The notes beneath the pieces were generated by a model that saw only the letters and a program-made list of their open reading frames with translations, ran no database searches and had not been told where the DNA came from. A stretch of DNA of 64,000 nucleotides from contig NC_043011.1 in the NCBI RefSeq assembly GCF_006345805.1, forward strand, positions 63,810,464 through 63,874,463, read 5' to 3'. Shown here in pieces: positions 12,352 to 25,429 of the stretch. This stretch comes from Octopus sinensis (taxonomy: Eukaryota). How positions within the stretch are numbered: the stretch's first letter is position 1; every line of letters starts with the position of its first letter. Position numbers and translations under genes: made by a program.

Positions 12352-15300
12352 TCACTGACTGAAGAGTGACTTGGCTTACCTTACTACGGTTTTGACGCGT
12401 TTTCTTCCAGGTAAGAGTGTTGCTGTGTTGTTAATATTACTTCGTACCATCTGGAACTTGTTGAATTTTACTACTGAAAATTTGTTTTTGAACGTTGTTG
12501 AACTGTCTTGTTCTCCGGTTTTACCGGGGAATAATTGGATAATTTGTTACTGTTGAACTGTTAGCCATTGTGGCTTTTTTATCTACGCGACTGTGTATAG
12601 TCTTGCCAGACTATCTTCGTGCCCCTCCCCCGAATGGGGGTGGGAATTAAACCTAATTTTTGAACTGCTTTTTACCACTCATTGAACTGCTTGGAAGAAA
12701 AACTTTTTATAGTTTTCCCAGTTTTATGGGAAACCAATATTTGTATATTTCTGTTGCCTATTACTAATTTCAACAGAATAATGTCTGTTGAGATTATTCA
12801 CGAAAATAGTGCTCTTGAGGAGAGCAATGTTGATAACTGTAGTAAAAAAAGGTCGGGCGGTAACCGCAGTGGCAACCGAGAACATTGACATCAATGTCAA
12901 TCAGCTCGTCGAGCTATTTAAAAGAATGAAAGAGGAGGGTGGTGATGTTAAAATATCACCCTCCGCCAGTATCGTGGAGACAGAGAAGCGGACCGTAGTG
13001 TTTAAAACCTTCTGTCCACAAAGCAGAAGGTTAAAACACTTTGAAAATAATACTATCGAGAAATGCCTGTCCCCGATTTGGAAGGACATTGTGTACGTCG
13101 CCAAGGGACGGCATATGGCATTGTGGAGGTCCGCTTCTCGGGGGAAGAGGTGGCCTGTGGGCATTCTGTGAATCCCCTAAAAACCAAGGAGGTGGTAATT
13201 CTGTCAACCTATATGGGACGCAGGACGTCCCGGGTCAGGATTGCAGAAGCACCGCTGGAAGTAGATCCCGTTGAGTTAGTGGCCGCCCTGTTATATAAAA
13301 AGACGGACAAAATTAAAATATTGCAGGTAACATGCTCTGCCCCTGAATATTGGCTTGGGCGAGACATTAATGTAATAATTCAAGGAACACAGGAGGACCT
13401 GCAGCTCCTTCCTGAGAGGTTGCTCGTGGGCGAGAATGTGGCCCTCAGGGTACAGGTCGAAGGCCGATAACCCACCTGTTACGCCTGCGGCAAAAAGGAC
13501 CACATTCGTGTTGACTGTCCAGACAAGCAAAAGAATCCGCAGAGACCAGGCCCCTCAGATAATAAAAAAATCCCTACCCTTGCAAACTCAGCTACCCCTG
13601 CAAAAACAAAAAGTCCCACTCCTGCTGTTACGGTGCCAACCCCAAAACAAACTGACAAAAAAACCAGCCCTTGCACTCACAAACCCCTACATTATTAAAA
13701 CCTCCCACCCCCTTAAAAACTGCGGCGCCTACTTAACAAAATATTGCTACCCCAGACGATAATATAGAGGTATCAGAGGGGGGATTTACAACAGTTCGTA
13801 AAAGAATTCGTGCATCATCCCCGTCCACATCCTCTACAAAAAATAATAAAAACAATGACACACCACAGACACCAAAATAAATCCCGCTTAACTGGCCCAG
13901 AAAAAGAAGACAAAAAAATGAACTCATATTAATTGAATATGATACACAAAACAAATATATAAACGATATTGTGGTTCCGTATCACACAGCAAGTCTGTAC
14001 AACAAACACAAAGATCGAAACGAAAGATATGCGTGGATTGCGGAAACAACGTTCAAACAATTAAAAGACAGACACCCAAACGCCATCCGGCGTATCGCGA
14101 ACTTGCCGGACTATCTGAAGAAGGAAGAGAAAGAATGGGCCCACAAATGTGTGGTGAGGTCGGCCCCAACCTCTCCAACGAAATTTAAGTAGAACTTTTA
14201 CTTTTTGTAATTGCTTCTCTTAACCTTGGTTGTTTAAATGTGCGTGGTCTGAGTTCGAAGTAGAAGCAGGCTTGTTTCCTCGAAAACCTCAGATCACATG
14301 ATATACATTTGATGGTTGCTACAGAAACAAAGCTGGACAGCCTACAAACCTCTTCGCCTCTCCTGAATGGCTACGAGAAAATCATCTCTCCTGGCCAGAC
14401 CGGAGGGCGAGGGTGTGTAGTGGTACTGATCCGGAAAGACTTGGCTTTGCAGACAAATACAGTCTATGTGAACCCAGAAGGTGGGCTGATCGACCTTGAT
14501 GTGACATACAGCAGTAAGCCCTTCAGATTGATCGGACTCTATGCACCTTGTGCTAGAGGTTTCCAAACTGATTTTCATCGGCTCCTAGAGGGCTTTCTCG
14601 TGACGTTGAAGACTTTAGTGATATTAGGGGACTTTAATGCTATCGTTGACGTACACATCGATAGCGTTGGCTCGATCTATAGGAAAGTGAACTCACGTCT
14701 CGTGGATCTGCTTAAGCGGTTTCAGCTGGCAGATCGTTACAGACTTGACCATCCGAACGTCCCAGAGTGGACCTGGATGAGTGGCGACGGAAGGTTCAAG
14801 TCTTATCTAGACAGGATAGTGATAAGAACTAGAGATAAGTCTAGTTTTATTTGTCCACAGCTTGTCCAGGTGCCCTATGCTGACCATAAAATGGACATGT
14901 GTTGACTGGGCATAGATAGGAATCGGCTACTGGAAGCTGAACAAGTCTATTTTGACTCGCGAGGCATACCGTAGCCGGAATAAGGAGTTAGTGCAGATGG
15001 CGTTAACCGGAGCCGTGGTTAATAACCGGTGGTGGTTAGCCCTCAAAAGAGCCATTCGATTCGAGTCCACTAGATTTAGTAAACAACTAAGACTAGATAG
15101 GGCTAGAATAGAAGGGCAACTAGTTAAGAACTTAGAGGAGGCGTTGAGGTTGCGCTCTGCATCTCACATTTTAGCGGCGAGAACGGCATTAGACCCTCAC
15201 CTCAAAACCAAACATGAGGGATGTAGAGTTCGGGCTAAAGTACGAGCATTGGGCCGTGAGGGAATTAATGTTGCCGGATGGGCCCGTACGATAGAAACAC

Positions 15301-17150
15301 AGCGTGGAAACGATGCCACAATTGGGTCTCTTGTTGATGAAAACGGATGCAAGGTCAAGAAGAGGGACGAGATGTGTGAGGCACTTCACAAGCACTTCGC
15401 CGAGTTGTTCGGGAGGTGCGGGACGCTGGATCATGGTGAGGCCCCTAGGGACTTCATGTCTGGTTGCCCGCGTCTCTCGACACGAGAGTCTGAGTGCTGT
15501 GAAGGGCCAATCACAGCCGAGGAAGTAATCGAGGTGTTGGGAAAATGCCCCGGGGAGAAGTCGCCGGGTCTCGATGGTCTGCCCTATGAAATTTATAAAA
15601 GTATGCCAGACTTGTTTGGGCACCTGCTGGCTAGCGTCTACGCCAAATGGCAGCAGAATGGCAGAATTCCCACGTTTGCGAGCCGGGGGTGGTGACGTTG
15701 ATCAGGAAGGACCCGAGCAAGGAGGACGAGATAGGGAACTTCAGGCCCATAACTCTGTTGAACGCAGAGTTAAAGATTCTGGCCAAGGTGCTAGCAAAAA
15801 GGTTGGCGCCGGTCGTGGACAAATTATCGGGGAAGCACAAACGAGCGCTATCCCTGGCAGAACGATCCACGATAATCTCCACCTAATACGCTACTCCTTG
15901 GAGAGGGTGGGGAAGCTTTCTGGCGCAGGGGGAGCACTGGTACATTTAGGCCAGTCCAAAGCATTTGATAGGGTCGACCATCTGTACTTGGTGGCGGTCC
16001 TCGGAGAGGCTGGCCTAGGCCCGACCTTTCGAGGCTGGATCGCTGCTTTGTATAGCAACGTCGAGTCTGTAGTCAAGATGAACGGTTTCTTTTCGAAGCC
16101 GTTTAGGATCGAGCGTTCAGTTTGTCAGGGGTGTCCCCTGTCCTCGCTCCTATACGTATTGGCTCTTGAGCCTTTACTGCTGACGTTAGAGGCACTAGGG
16201 GGCGCGCCGCATGATCTATGGTGTGGAAGAGGAGCTACGGCGTATGCGGATGACACCTCCATCATCGTGGCAGACGAAGGCCAGCTTCCAGTGGTGGAAG
16301 AGACCATCAAATGCTACGAGGCGGTGGCAGGAGCAAAGGTTAAGAAGGACAAGTCGGTCGGTTTGCAACTCGGCACCTGGAGGGGCAAGCCGATGCCGTC
16401 CAATAACGTCGTAGGGCGTTGGACGGAAGGTCCTGTTAAGCTGCTCGGTGTCTGGTTCGGGCCAGACCTCCAGATTTAGAAAAATTGGAGTGAGGTGACC
16501 AGCAAGGTGACTGCTCTAACCCAGATCTGGTCTGGGCGGGCTTTATCCCTGCTAGGGAAGGCGGAGGTGGTGCAGATGTTTATAACATCAGTAATCACCT
16601 ACCGTCTGACCGTGGTGCCTCGCCCCGATTTGTGGCTGAACAAGTTGGAGAGAATCCTTTTCCGCATTTTGTGGAAAGGAGGAAAGCCACTTGTAAAGCG
16701 CTCTGTCTGCTGCCAGAAACCGCTAAATGGTGGGCTAGGGATGCTTTGGCTGAGGATGCGAAAACTCGCGTTAAGGTATAGGCACCTCTGGCTTTACCTG
16801 GATAGAGAGCAGGTGTGGTCACCGCACGTCCGGTTCTACCTTCCCCAGTTAACATCCCTAACGGACATCGGTGCATGGATCAAGCGGAGACCTAAACTGG
16901 GTGAATGGAAATTTGGAGTGCCATCAGGCGCTCCAGCTACTCTCTCGGGCGGGCAACGCCGGCAACAGGAGTTCCACCACGGATTTCTATAGCGGGTTAC
17001 TTGAGGTTAAGTCCGAAGACGCCTTGGAGAAGACCCTGGGCTACGATGAAATTCAGTTGGTCAACCTGTTCCGGAGGACGTTCGGGCCGGGGTATTTGGA
17101 TATTTACCAGAAATCCCTGGCCTGGCAGTGTTTCCGTGCGGAAAATCGCC
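12352..17150 (+). mobile_element. L1/Tx1-clade LINE (ORF1 with zinc knuckle, ORF2 APE+RT), degenerate and 3'-truncated
   Basis: ORF1 CCHC knuckle CYACGKKDHIRVDC near 13476. APE motifs CLNVRGL, VATETK, ILGDFNA, SYLDRI and YADHK. RT motifs RPITLLNAELKILAK, QSKAFDRVDH, QGCPLS and AYADD. Tx1-like LSLLGKAEVV. Several stops and frameshifts. Confidence 0.9.
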
Positions 17151-17389
17151 AACTGTCGCACACACACACATATATATATGCGCTCCTGTTCATACCTACA
17201 CATACGCGCCCGCACACCATGTGCGTGCACCTAAGAGTATACATTCATTCATCGTCACTTGAAAACGTACACATCATAACTCTCATCCTTCGCCAAATGT
17301 ATATGTATATACGTACAAATCCACACACACGAACGCGCACCATAAAGGTCCATACACACGTCTATATATACACAAGCACATACATATAT

Positions 17390-17502
<113 letters not shown>

Positions 17503-17660
17503 CATTTGTGTATGTATATACAAACACGCACACGCTATTAAAAATAGTTCGTTTTGGACTCCGTACTGCTTTCAGGCCCCTAATGTGTGTGTGTTGTTGT
17601 CCATGTAAATATGTAAATTTTAGATGTCTAAAGAACAGGAATCAAAAGGAGACTACTTAC

Positions 17661-17697
17661 CAACAATAAGAATCCATATGCACATGAGAGATTTCAT
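17661..17697 (-). CDS. Six-Cys family copy C, exon 1 (ATG + signal peptide)
   Basis: atg aaa tct ctc atg tgc ata tgg att ctt att gtt g|GTAAGT encodes MKSLMCIWILIV+G, 37 nt. An acceptor at 17751 suggests an upstream 5'UTR exon. Confidence 0.85.
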
Positions 17698-19589
17698 AGC
17701 AGACATTTGCAGAATCGAACCAAGCTTTAATCAAACTTAGTCTTTGCCACACTGACATAGAAGAGAGTGAGAATTCAGGTGACATATGTTGGCGTCACTA
17801 AATTAATTAGTGCGTTTGCTGTTATATAAGTCATTTATAGATGTAATAACGTCATCTCTAGATGTCTTTAGCGCATTCGTTGACATGTGACATATTTGAC
17901 TTAAGAATATATTCGTCAAATTTGTCAGATATATGTGAGGTTGCTCCTTCTATATTTACAGATTCTTGCTGTCAGTCTTCCTGTTACTTAATTTTCTTAC
18001 AATTTTGATAGACTCACTGTATCAATTCCGCTTCATGGCACAACCAAATATATGAAAACTACTGCGAACATTACCCTCATCATCGCCAAAAAGATATCGT
18101 GTCTTCTTGTATTAACCATTGGTTTATTCTATGTTCTGAGCCTTTGTTCCCGTTTCATAATTATATAACCACATTTACACTTTCTAAGAAGTTCTTTATT
18201 GTTTTGAAGCTTTTCATAGTACATCAAATCTCATGTCTGCTACTTTTCCTTTCTAATCAAGTCTCAATTGCAGCACTGTCCACATAGCACACTCTTATCC
18301 ATAATCAATATTTTGGACCTTATTCTGTAATGAAGTGTGATTATAGTTGTGCTACGAAGCCACAACATTATAGCTGAGCTGCTAAGTCACTCGACTTTCC
18401 ACCAAAATAAATTCGTCTAATTGCCGTCCATTCATGTCAGAAAGCACGGAAGTTATTTTCTACTATTTTTCGGATGCGTGTTTTGTTTGCAATGATGTTT
18501 TCTTTTTTTAAACTTCAATTATTTATGGGCTCACATTTCCCTTATCAGTGGTGCCTTCACGGTAACTGGTCTTTTGACTTCTGCAGACGTTAGAGAGTAT
18601 ACCTTATTTTTTTAAATAAAGATTTCATTAAGCCCTTTATTGGTAGAATACTCGGACGAGACTTACTGAGGACGAATAGTTACAACCCCAGTCAATTGAT
18701 AAACAGTATCACTTTCAGACCAGCCGTCGTATATATCGATATATAGTTTCACATAAAAATATGTTGAGAAGATAAATAATGGCATAACCATATATTTCCA
18801 TGTAAAAACTTAGATGGAAAGAAGTATTTTAGTTATATTTAACCGGATATTTCCAACTTTGAAGTTCAGGAGGTTTTCAGCGTGTTATATATGGAAACAT
18901 ATTTCTTACTAAATATAATTTACTTGATACGAATACTAAACATTCATGAAAAAGGTTTACACTATTTAGGTATTTTATTTTTTAATATTTCATATTACTT
19001 GCCTCAGGAAAATTTGTCACATTTTACAATATAATTTTAACGTTATATCTGGTGGTGCTGTAGGAAACAGAAAAATTGTCCTTCGGTCTACATAGCATCT
19101 TTCTAAATGATTCGGTAATATTCTTGCAATAAGGCTATAATTTATTCTATAACATATTCATTGCCATTCTTGTCTTTACCTAACATTGATAATGTTCATT
19201 ACTAGCGCAGATCATAGAGTCTGATGACAATGTAGAATGTTAATCCATTATCAAGACATATTGGTTTTAAATTCTGAGACAAGGACAGCAATATCGGCAG
19301 GAGTAAATCGAATACAACGATCATAATAATCAACTGGTACATATTTACCGACCGGAGCGGTAACATTCTGCCGGCTCATGACCTCAAACCATCAAGGTAT
19401 ATTAGAATTAAGTTTATAATTGTGATTAGGATTCGTTTGTAAATTAAGATGAGGCGTTTCGGTGTAGCAACTACTTCTATGGATATTCTTCTGCTAGCTG
19501 GATCAGAAAAGTTTGATATATTTATGACGTGAGTTGGGACATTTTGAAGGTTTTTGTAAATTAATGGAAATTTTAGTATCGTGTATGTA

Positions 19590-19601
19590 ACTATTTATCT
19601 A

Positions 19602-19691
<90 letters not shown>

Positions 19692-19698
19692 ATGTCTG

Positions 19699-19742
<44 letters not shown>

Positions 19743-19781
19743 CATATCTATCTATCTACATATCTATCTACATATATGTAT

Positions 19782-19848
<67 letters not shown>

Positions 19849-19850
19849 AC
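19590..19850. repeat. (TCTA)n followed by (TA)n microsatellite
   Basis: Direct. Confidence 0.95.
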
Positions 19851-20783
19851 AAAAGTAAAAGCATCAAAAATAATTAAAATATATTTTGTCTCTTGTCAAT
19901 ATTGGTAAACAACTATATCAGACAATCATCATTTTGGTTTAAGAATATGGTATAGTTTGTACTTCCATATGCATTTGACAAGAATCTTTGAAGTTAGCGA
20001 CGTATCAAATTGAAACGAGCGTTCCGGTTAAAACCAGTTTACGAGCGCAATGGCCACAAATCCTGGAGAAGTTTCAAATAGGCCATATAATTTCTATACA
20101 ATCACACTGCAGCTAGTCAACATTCACATTTATCAAGACGACATTTACCAACTCTGATATATCAAGGAATATTTTTGCTAAGCTTCAGTGTCTAGTATCG
20201 GAAGAATGCCACTTCGCATAATAGCAATTGCTTTCAGCAGTACATTTCTATTAGCTTATTAGCATCACCTTTCTTCCGCATGTACAATGGGTAGAACCAA
20301 ATATGCTTTAGAACAATTTGCATTCAACTAATGAAAACCCTACAGAAAGCGAAAAAATTCACGTGTTCTGTGTTAATTATTATTATGAATTTTATAGCAT
20401 TTTCTAGTCGATTAGAATGAAAAAGTGGCAATGTAAAAGTACAGGCATTTTATAAAATCCGAAAGGGTTTTCGTTGTTTTAAATTGCATTGAAAAGGGCA
20501 TTACAAGTTCAAATGTAGCACGAAAATAAAGTTTGTTAACACGCATAGAGAAACACACAGGCAGACAGCTAGCTAGAAAACCTATAGACAAAGATAGATG
20601 TGCATGCACATATAAAAAAAATATAGTATAATGCTCGAAATGAGAACTAGATAGACAGCCGACAACGGATGAAGGGTCTTTTTCTATGTATTTTCTTGTC
20701 CCGTTTTTCATTTTCCCGTTGTCTCCGTATTTAACTTTTTCGTTTACCTATTTCATGTCATTTGTATCGTCCGGGGAGTCCTG

Positions 20784-20823
20784 TACACACACACACACAC
20801 ACACATACACACACACATACACA

Positions 20824-20912
<89 letters not shown>
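20784..20912. repeat. (CA)n/(TA)n microsatellite
   Basis: Direct. Confidence 0.95.
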
Positions 20913-20963
20913 TCGTGCAAACATAAAAATAGAACTAAAGATATAATTGTATATTTCTAGTAA

Positions 20964-21357
20964 TCTTTATATATAAAAGTGAGGTTCTGTGTCTTTCTCC
21001 TACGATTTAGATTCGTAACTACTCCCACATTTTGCGGTGCAGTTTAACCAAAACCGGGTATCTTACAGTCGTGATTCATATCGAGCCGTTCTGGGTATTA
21101 GCGCTCGTCTACGATGAGTCTACGATTTTAAAAATACTTTATCATCATTTTTTCCCCTTTTAATGCATTTTAGCTATTATATAAGGGAAGTAACTCTCTA
21201 AAAATGTCAACGATGAGTCAACGATTAAAAAAAAATTACCATCATTTTTTTTCCATTTTTAATGCATTTTTTGCTATTTTTTGGGTTATAATTCTCTAAA
21301 AATGTTTATATTGTTATTTCCCTTACAAACCCGAGCAACGCCGGGCGATAGTGCTAG
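20964..21357 (+). mobile_element. Non-autonomous Helitron-like element
   Basis: Starts A|TC, ends CTAG|T. Subterminal GC hairpin cccgagcaacgccggg (21330-21345). Internal ~100-bp imperfect tandem duplication. No TSD. Confidence 0.75.
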
Positions 21358-21669
21358 TATTCAATAAAGCAACAGACTGACATAGGGTCGTGCCGACAAT
21401 CGAAATTCTCGGACTCTGAGACACTCTACTGATTATGTTGTAAATATATATTCGAAAACAAAAAAAAATTAATTAAATGAACAAATATATTAATTTCTTT
21501 ATATTTTTATAGATACAAAAGCACACATAAATGTTGCAGGAACGTGCAACATTCATAAATTTAGAATTGGATACAGTTGCATTTTCATCTGTAAAGAGAA
21601 AAGATATATATCAACGAGTTATTGATTGCGTGCATATTATAGTATAACATATATATATATATTATACAT

Positions 21670-21731
<62 letters not shown>

Positions 21732-22134
21732 ATATATTGTGTGTGTGTGTTTATATATATATTAATATATGTGTGTTCCACAAGGCGTAATTAATTAGAA
21801 ATACTTATGGAAAACAGGGTCATTATAGGATAATATATACAGGTTGCAGTCATTTCAGTTATAACCTCTACATACTAGAATAAAAGATGGTCTAATGTTT
21901 TAAATATAAATTGCATAATATCACTTCTGAATGTTCTTAAATCACGTCGTGTTGTATTTGTGTCCTTACGAATATTGCTATTTATTAGTGTTGGTCTGTT
22001 AATGAATGTCGTAACACATAGAGCTCTATTACTCGTTGTATTAATATTTGTCATTGTGGCCTTCCTCGATGAGACACAGCAGCTCGATCTGTCGTTGGTT
22101 GGTTGATGGTGCAGCAGTAAAAAAGACTTACTAC

Positions 22135-22485
22135 TACTAGTAGTATTAGTATCCGCTGCACTTCGTCGTTTACGACGACCAGGGTTCCAGCTGATCCAAT
22201 CAGCGAAACAGACTGCTCGTGTAATTAACGTGTAACTGGCTGAGCACTTCAGAGAGACCTTTGCCCTTCGAAATACAGGTACGACAGAAATAGGAAGAAA
22301 GAGTGTGAGAAAGTTGTTGTGAAAGAGTACAGCGGGTTTCGCCACCCACGCCACTGCGGGAGCCTCATGGAACTTTAGGTGTTTTCGCACAATAAACACT
22401 CAAAAAGCCCTATCTGGGAATCGAATCCACCGCGATCATACGACCGTGAATCCGCTGCTCTAACCACTGGGCCATAGCGCCTCCA
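22135..22485 (-). mobile_element. SINE family 3 variant
   Basis: Minus head ggaggcgctatggcccagtggttagagcagcgg..ttcgattccc, related to 8306-8598. Confidence 0.8.
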
Positions 22486-23011
22486 GTACTCCTAGCATGT
22501 GGTAGGAACATTAATAGCAGTGGTGTGTGGTGATTGTTTCATTGGGTATGCTGCCACACCCAATACCACCAAATTTGAAGCAAGAGTATAAAAATATTCT
22601 CCATTAAGGTTTATGATAAAATTACTGTGTAATTTTAATATTTATAATGAACTTGCCATCTTCGAGGACTGTGCATAGCACACCTAGCGTACCCGGAATA
22701 TACGTCCCTGATTAATAGGTAGTGTTCCATGTCACTTATAGTAGTGTTTAAATTTTTGTTTTAACGTTTACGTGTTTGTTTTGCAAGATTCTTAATGTGA
22801 AAACGTGTGTTGAAATAAATATTGTTACACTTGCGGATGGCGATTTAATATTATTTTTTAAAATTAAACACACACTCATTATTTAACGCTTTCGTCTCTT
22901 TCAAGGATTCATCATCATCCAAGGTGTGTCACTAAACAGAAGAAACTCTAAATCAATAGTCTTGAAAATTAGTCGGAAATTTAAATGAGTTGCACCAAAG
23001 ATACAGATCTA

Positions 23012-23807
23012 GAATGTGCAGCCGATATTGCTCTTATCTCTGAAGAGATACGCTGGCCACAGCAAATGTTCGACAAGCTAAAACTTGAAGCTGCAAAAGG
23101 TGGCTTGTGTTGTAACTCAGATAATATCTGATATGCATATTAAATATTTCGCCTGCTAATCATATCCGATTTTCATATCAGATATTTAATCAAGACCCCG
23201 AGCAACAAAATCATTTTTTGCAAGAAACGGAACAGAACATAAGGTTGTTCCTAACTTCAAATACGATAAAACGTAGTGGAAATCACTTTGTTGAACGTAA
23301 GGCACAGTGTTGGAATGCGTGTCACAAGCTGTGTAGAACCAGGAATCGTAAGATAGCTCATATATGGAAAATTAGATTTCTCGTTTTTACGGTCGAGTCA
23401 CTTTGGTTACACAATGCTGAATCTTGCACCCTCACCAAAATTCTTGAAAAACAAATAGTCGTCTGCTGCACAAGAATACTAATAATGTCTCTAAATGTTA
23501 TATGGAATGCTCATTTAACCAACAAGCAACTTTATCCAAATCTGCTCGAAGTATAGGAAAAGGTTAAGCAGAGAATAAGAATTGCTAGTCATTATATCAA
23601 TCAGGTACCCAGAAGGACCGGTGTCAACCGGTCTTATGGCAGTCGCGTGAAGGAAGAATCAATGAGGGAAGAAACGTCTAACATATATGAACAAATTGCT
23701 TCAGGAAAGTGGATTGCAAATATTGACGAATTAATTTCATGCAAGGGGTAAGCGACGGGGTGCTTGTTGAATTACAGAATTGTCCGAGAGAACGACCAAA
23801 CTAAAGC
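23012..23807 (+). mobile_element. RTE-X-like LINE remnant flanked by a 35-bp direct repeat
   Basis: ECAADIALISEE..AQCWNACHKL..TVESLWLHNAESCTLTK, similar to the element at 1717-4143. An identical 35-mer lies at 22977-23011 and 23808-23842. Confidence 0.75.
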
Positions 23808-23809
23808 AA

Positions 23810-23897
23810 ATTTAAATGAGTTGCACCAAAGATACAGATCTATGTGTTACGACATTTAAATGAGTTGCACCAAAGATACAGATCTATGTGTTACGAC
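23810..23897. repeat. Perfect 44-bp tandem duplication
   Basis: atttaaatgagttgcaccaaagatacagatctatgtgttacgac x2. Confidence 0.95.
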
Positions 23898-24099
23898 ATT
23901 CAATAACAATTAACATAAACAATCTGTATTATTCTTAAAACTATCTACCCCTCCCCCATACACACAGACCTTCACAGATGCATTGGTACAGAAGCATTTT
24001 AGTTTGTTTTCAATATATATTTCATATTTGAAATAGTTGCAGCAACATTTCCTTGCCGTCTCAAGTCATTGCTCTAGTTAGAAAATTAACTATGTTGCG

Positions 24100-24223
<124 letters not shown>

Positions 24224-24487
24224 CAGCCGACATATTTTAGCGTTATAACTAATATTTCAATGGTTTATAACACAGAAATTTAATTATAAGATAATATAAA
24301 GCAATCTTTTCACTGTTGTATATATCGTTGTAAATGTAATTTAGAACAGTGGTTTTTTCTCACCTCTATGATAGTTGGATATTTCACGGTATTAGAAAGA
24401 TGCAATTGATATCAGGTAAATATAGAACTTATTACAAAATAATTATCAAATTATCTATTAGACGCTTGTGACATTGATATTTTCATA

Positions 24488-24612
24488 TCAGACGTAATGA
24501 CCAAATAGATTTGCAAAGCATAACACCATGTGGAGTAAAATAAGTACCATCAATAATTTGTGCGGTGGTTTAACATAGAACAGAGCATCATTATTCGTCG
24601 GTGCTTCGTGAG
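24488..24612 (-). CDS. Six-Cys family copy B, terminal exon 4 (GPI-signal-like or TM tail)
   Basis: Acceptor ttttttctgcatatttcAG, phase 1: (A)HEAPTNNDALFYVKPPHKLLMVLILLHMVLCFANLFGHYV*. Confidence 0.8.
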
Positions 24613-24879
24613 CTGAAATATGCAGAAAAAATGGCATTTAATTAAACTTCGGTAGCTTCATTACGGATTATTGAGGTCTAAGTCAAAGAGCATCTTAAAA
24701 GAAATACATTCCGAAAAGTTTCTGCTTAATTTTTACAATAACATTTTGATATCAATTGCTGTTCCACTGAAATAATTATGACAATAGAAACACTCCAATA
24801 TTTTAATGATACTTATGTTAGCAATATCACCGTGATCAGCGTTACCGCCAGGCTGGTCACAAAGCGCTTCGCATTGTTT

Positions 24880-25103
24880 TAGCCTTCAAATGACGCCAAC
24901 CTGCTGGCTAAGCGAGCAGGCCAACAGAAGAAATAGTGAGAGAGAGTTGTGGCGAAAGAGTACAGCAAGGATCGCCACCCCCCCTGCCGTAGTCTCGTGG
25001 AGCTTTAGGTGTTTTTCGCTCAATAAACACTCAGCGCCTGGACTGGGAATCGAAACCGCGCTTCTACAGCCGCGAATCTAACCACTGGGCCATTGCGCCT
25101 CCA
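24880..25103 (-). mobile_element. SINE family 3, 5' part
   Basis: Minus head ggaggcgcaatggcccagtggttag..tttcgattcccag. Confidence 0.75.
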
Positions 25104-25429
25104 TATTAGCAATATATCAAATGAAATTCTATAAGTACACAGGAAAATATCTTTAACTGAACGCCGAAAGGTACATGTTATGCGTAAATGCCGATTTCCT
25201 CATCAATATATTGGATTGATAGTCTTGCTTTATGTGTAGCACATATCTGCGTAGTGAATTAAAAACGCTAAGAAGTCAACAAGTCTTGGTTGATAAATAT
25301 AGTAACAGATAGGTAGGTGGATCATATATAATCTATTTGTTTAGGCAACCCTTCTCCCTCTCTCTCTCTCTCAATACATTTCTAGAGAGAGAGAGAACTT
25401 GTAGTAGCAAGAGTGGATGCAGAGGGGCG

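Noticed and set aside
22977-23897. CRISPR-like reading of the three 33-35-bp direct repeats
   Set aside because: Eukaryotic context, spacers of about 800 and 11 bp, no cas genes; explained by duplication around a LINE fragment.
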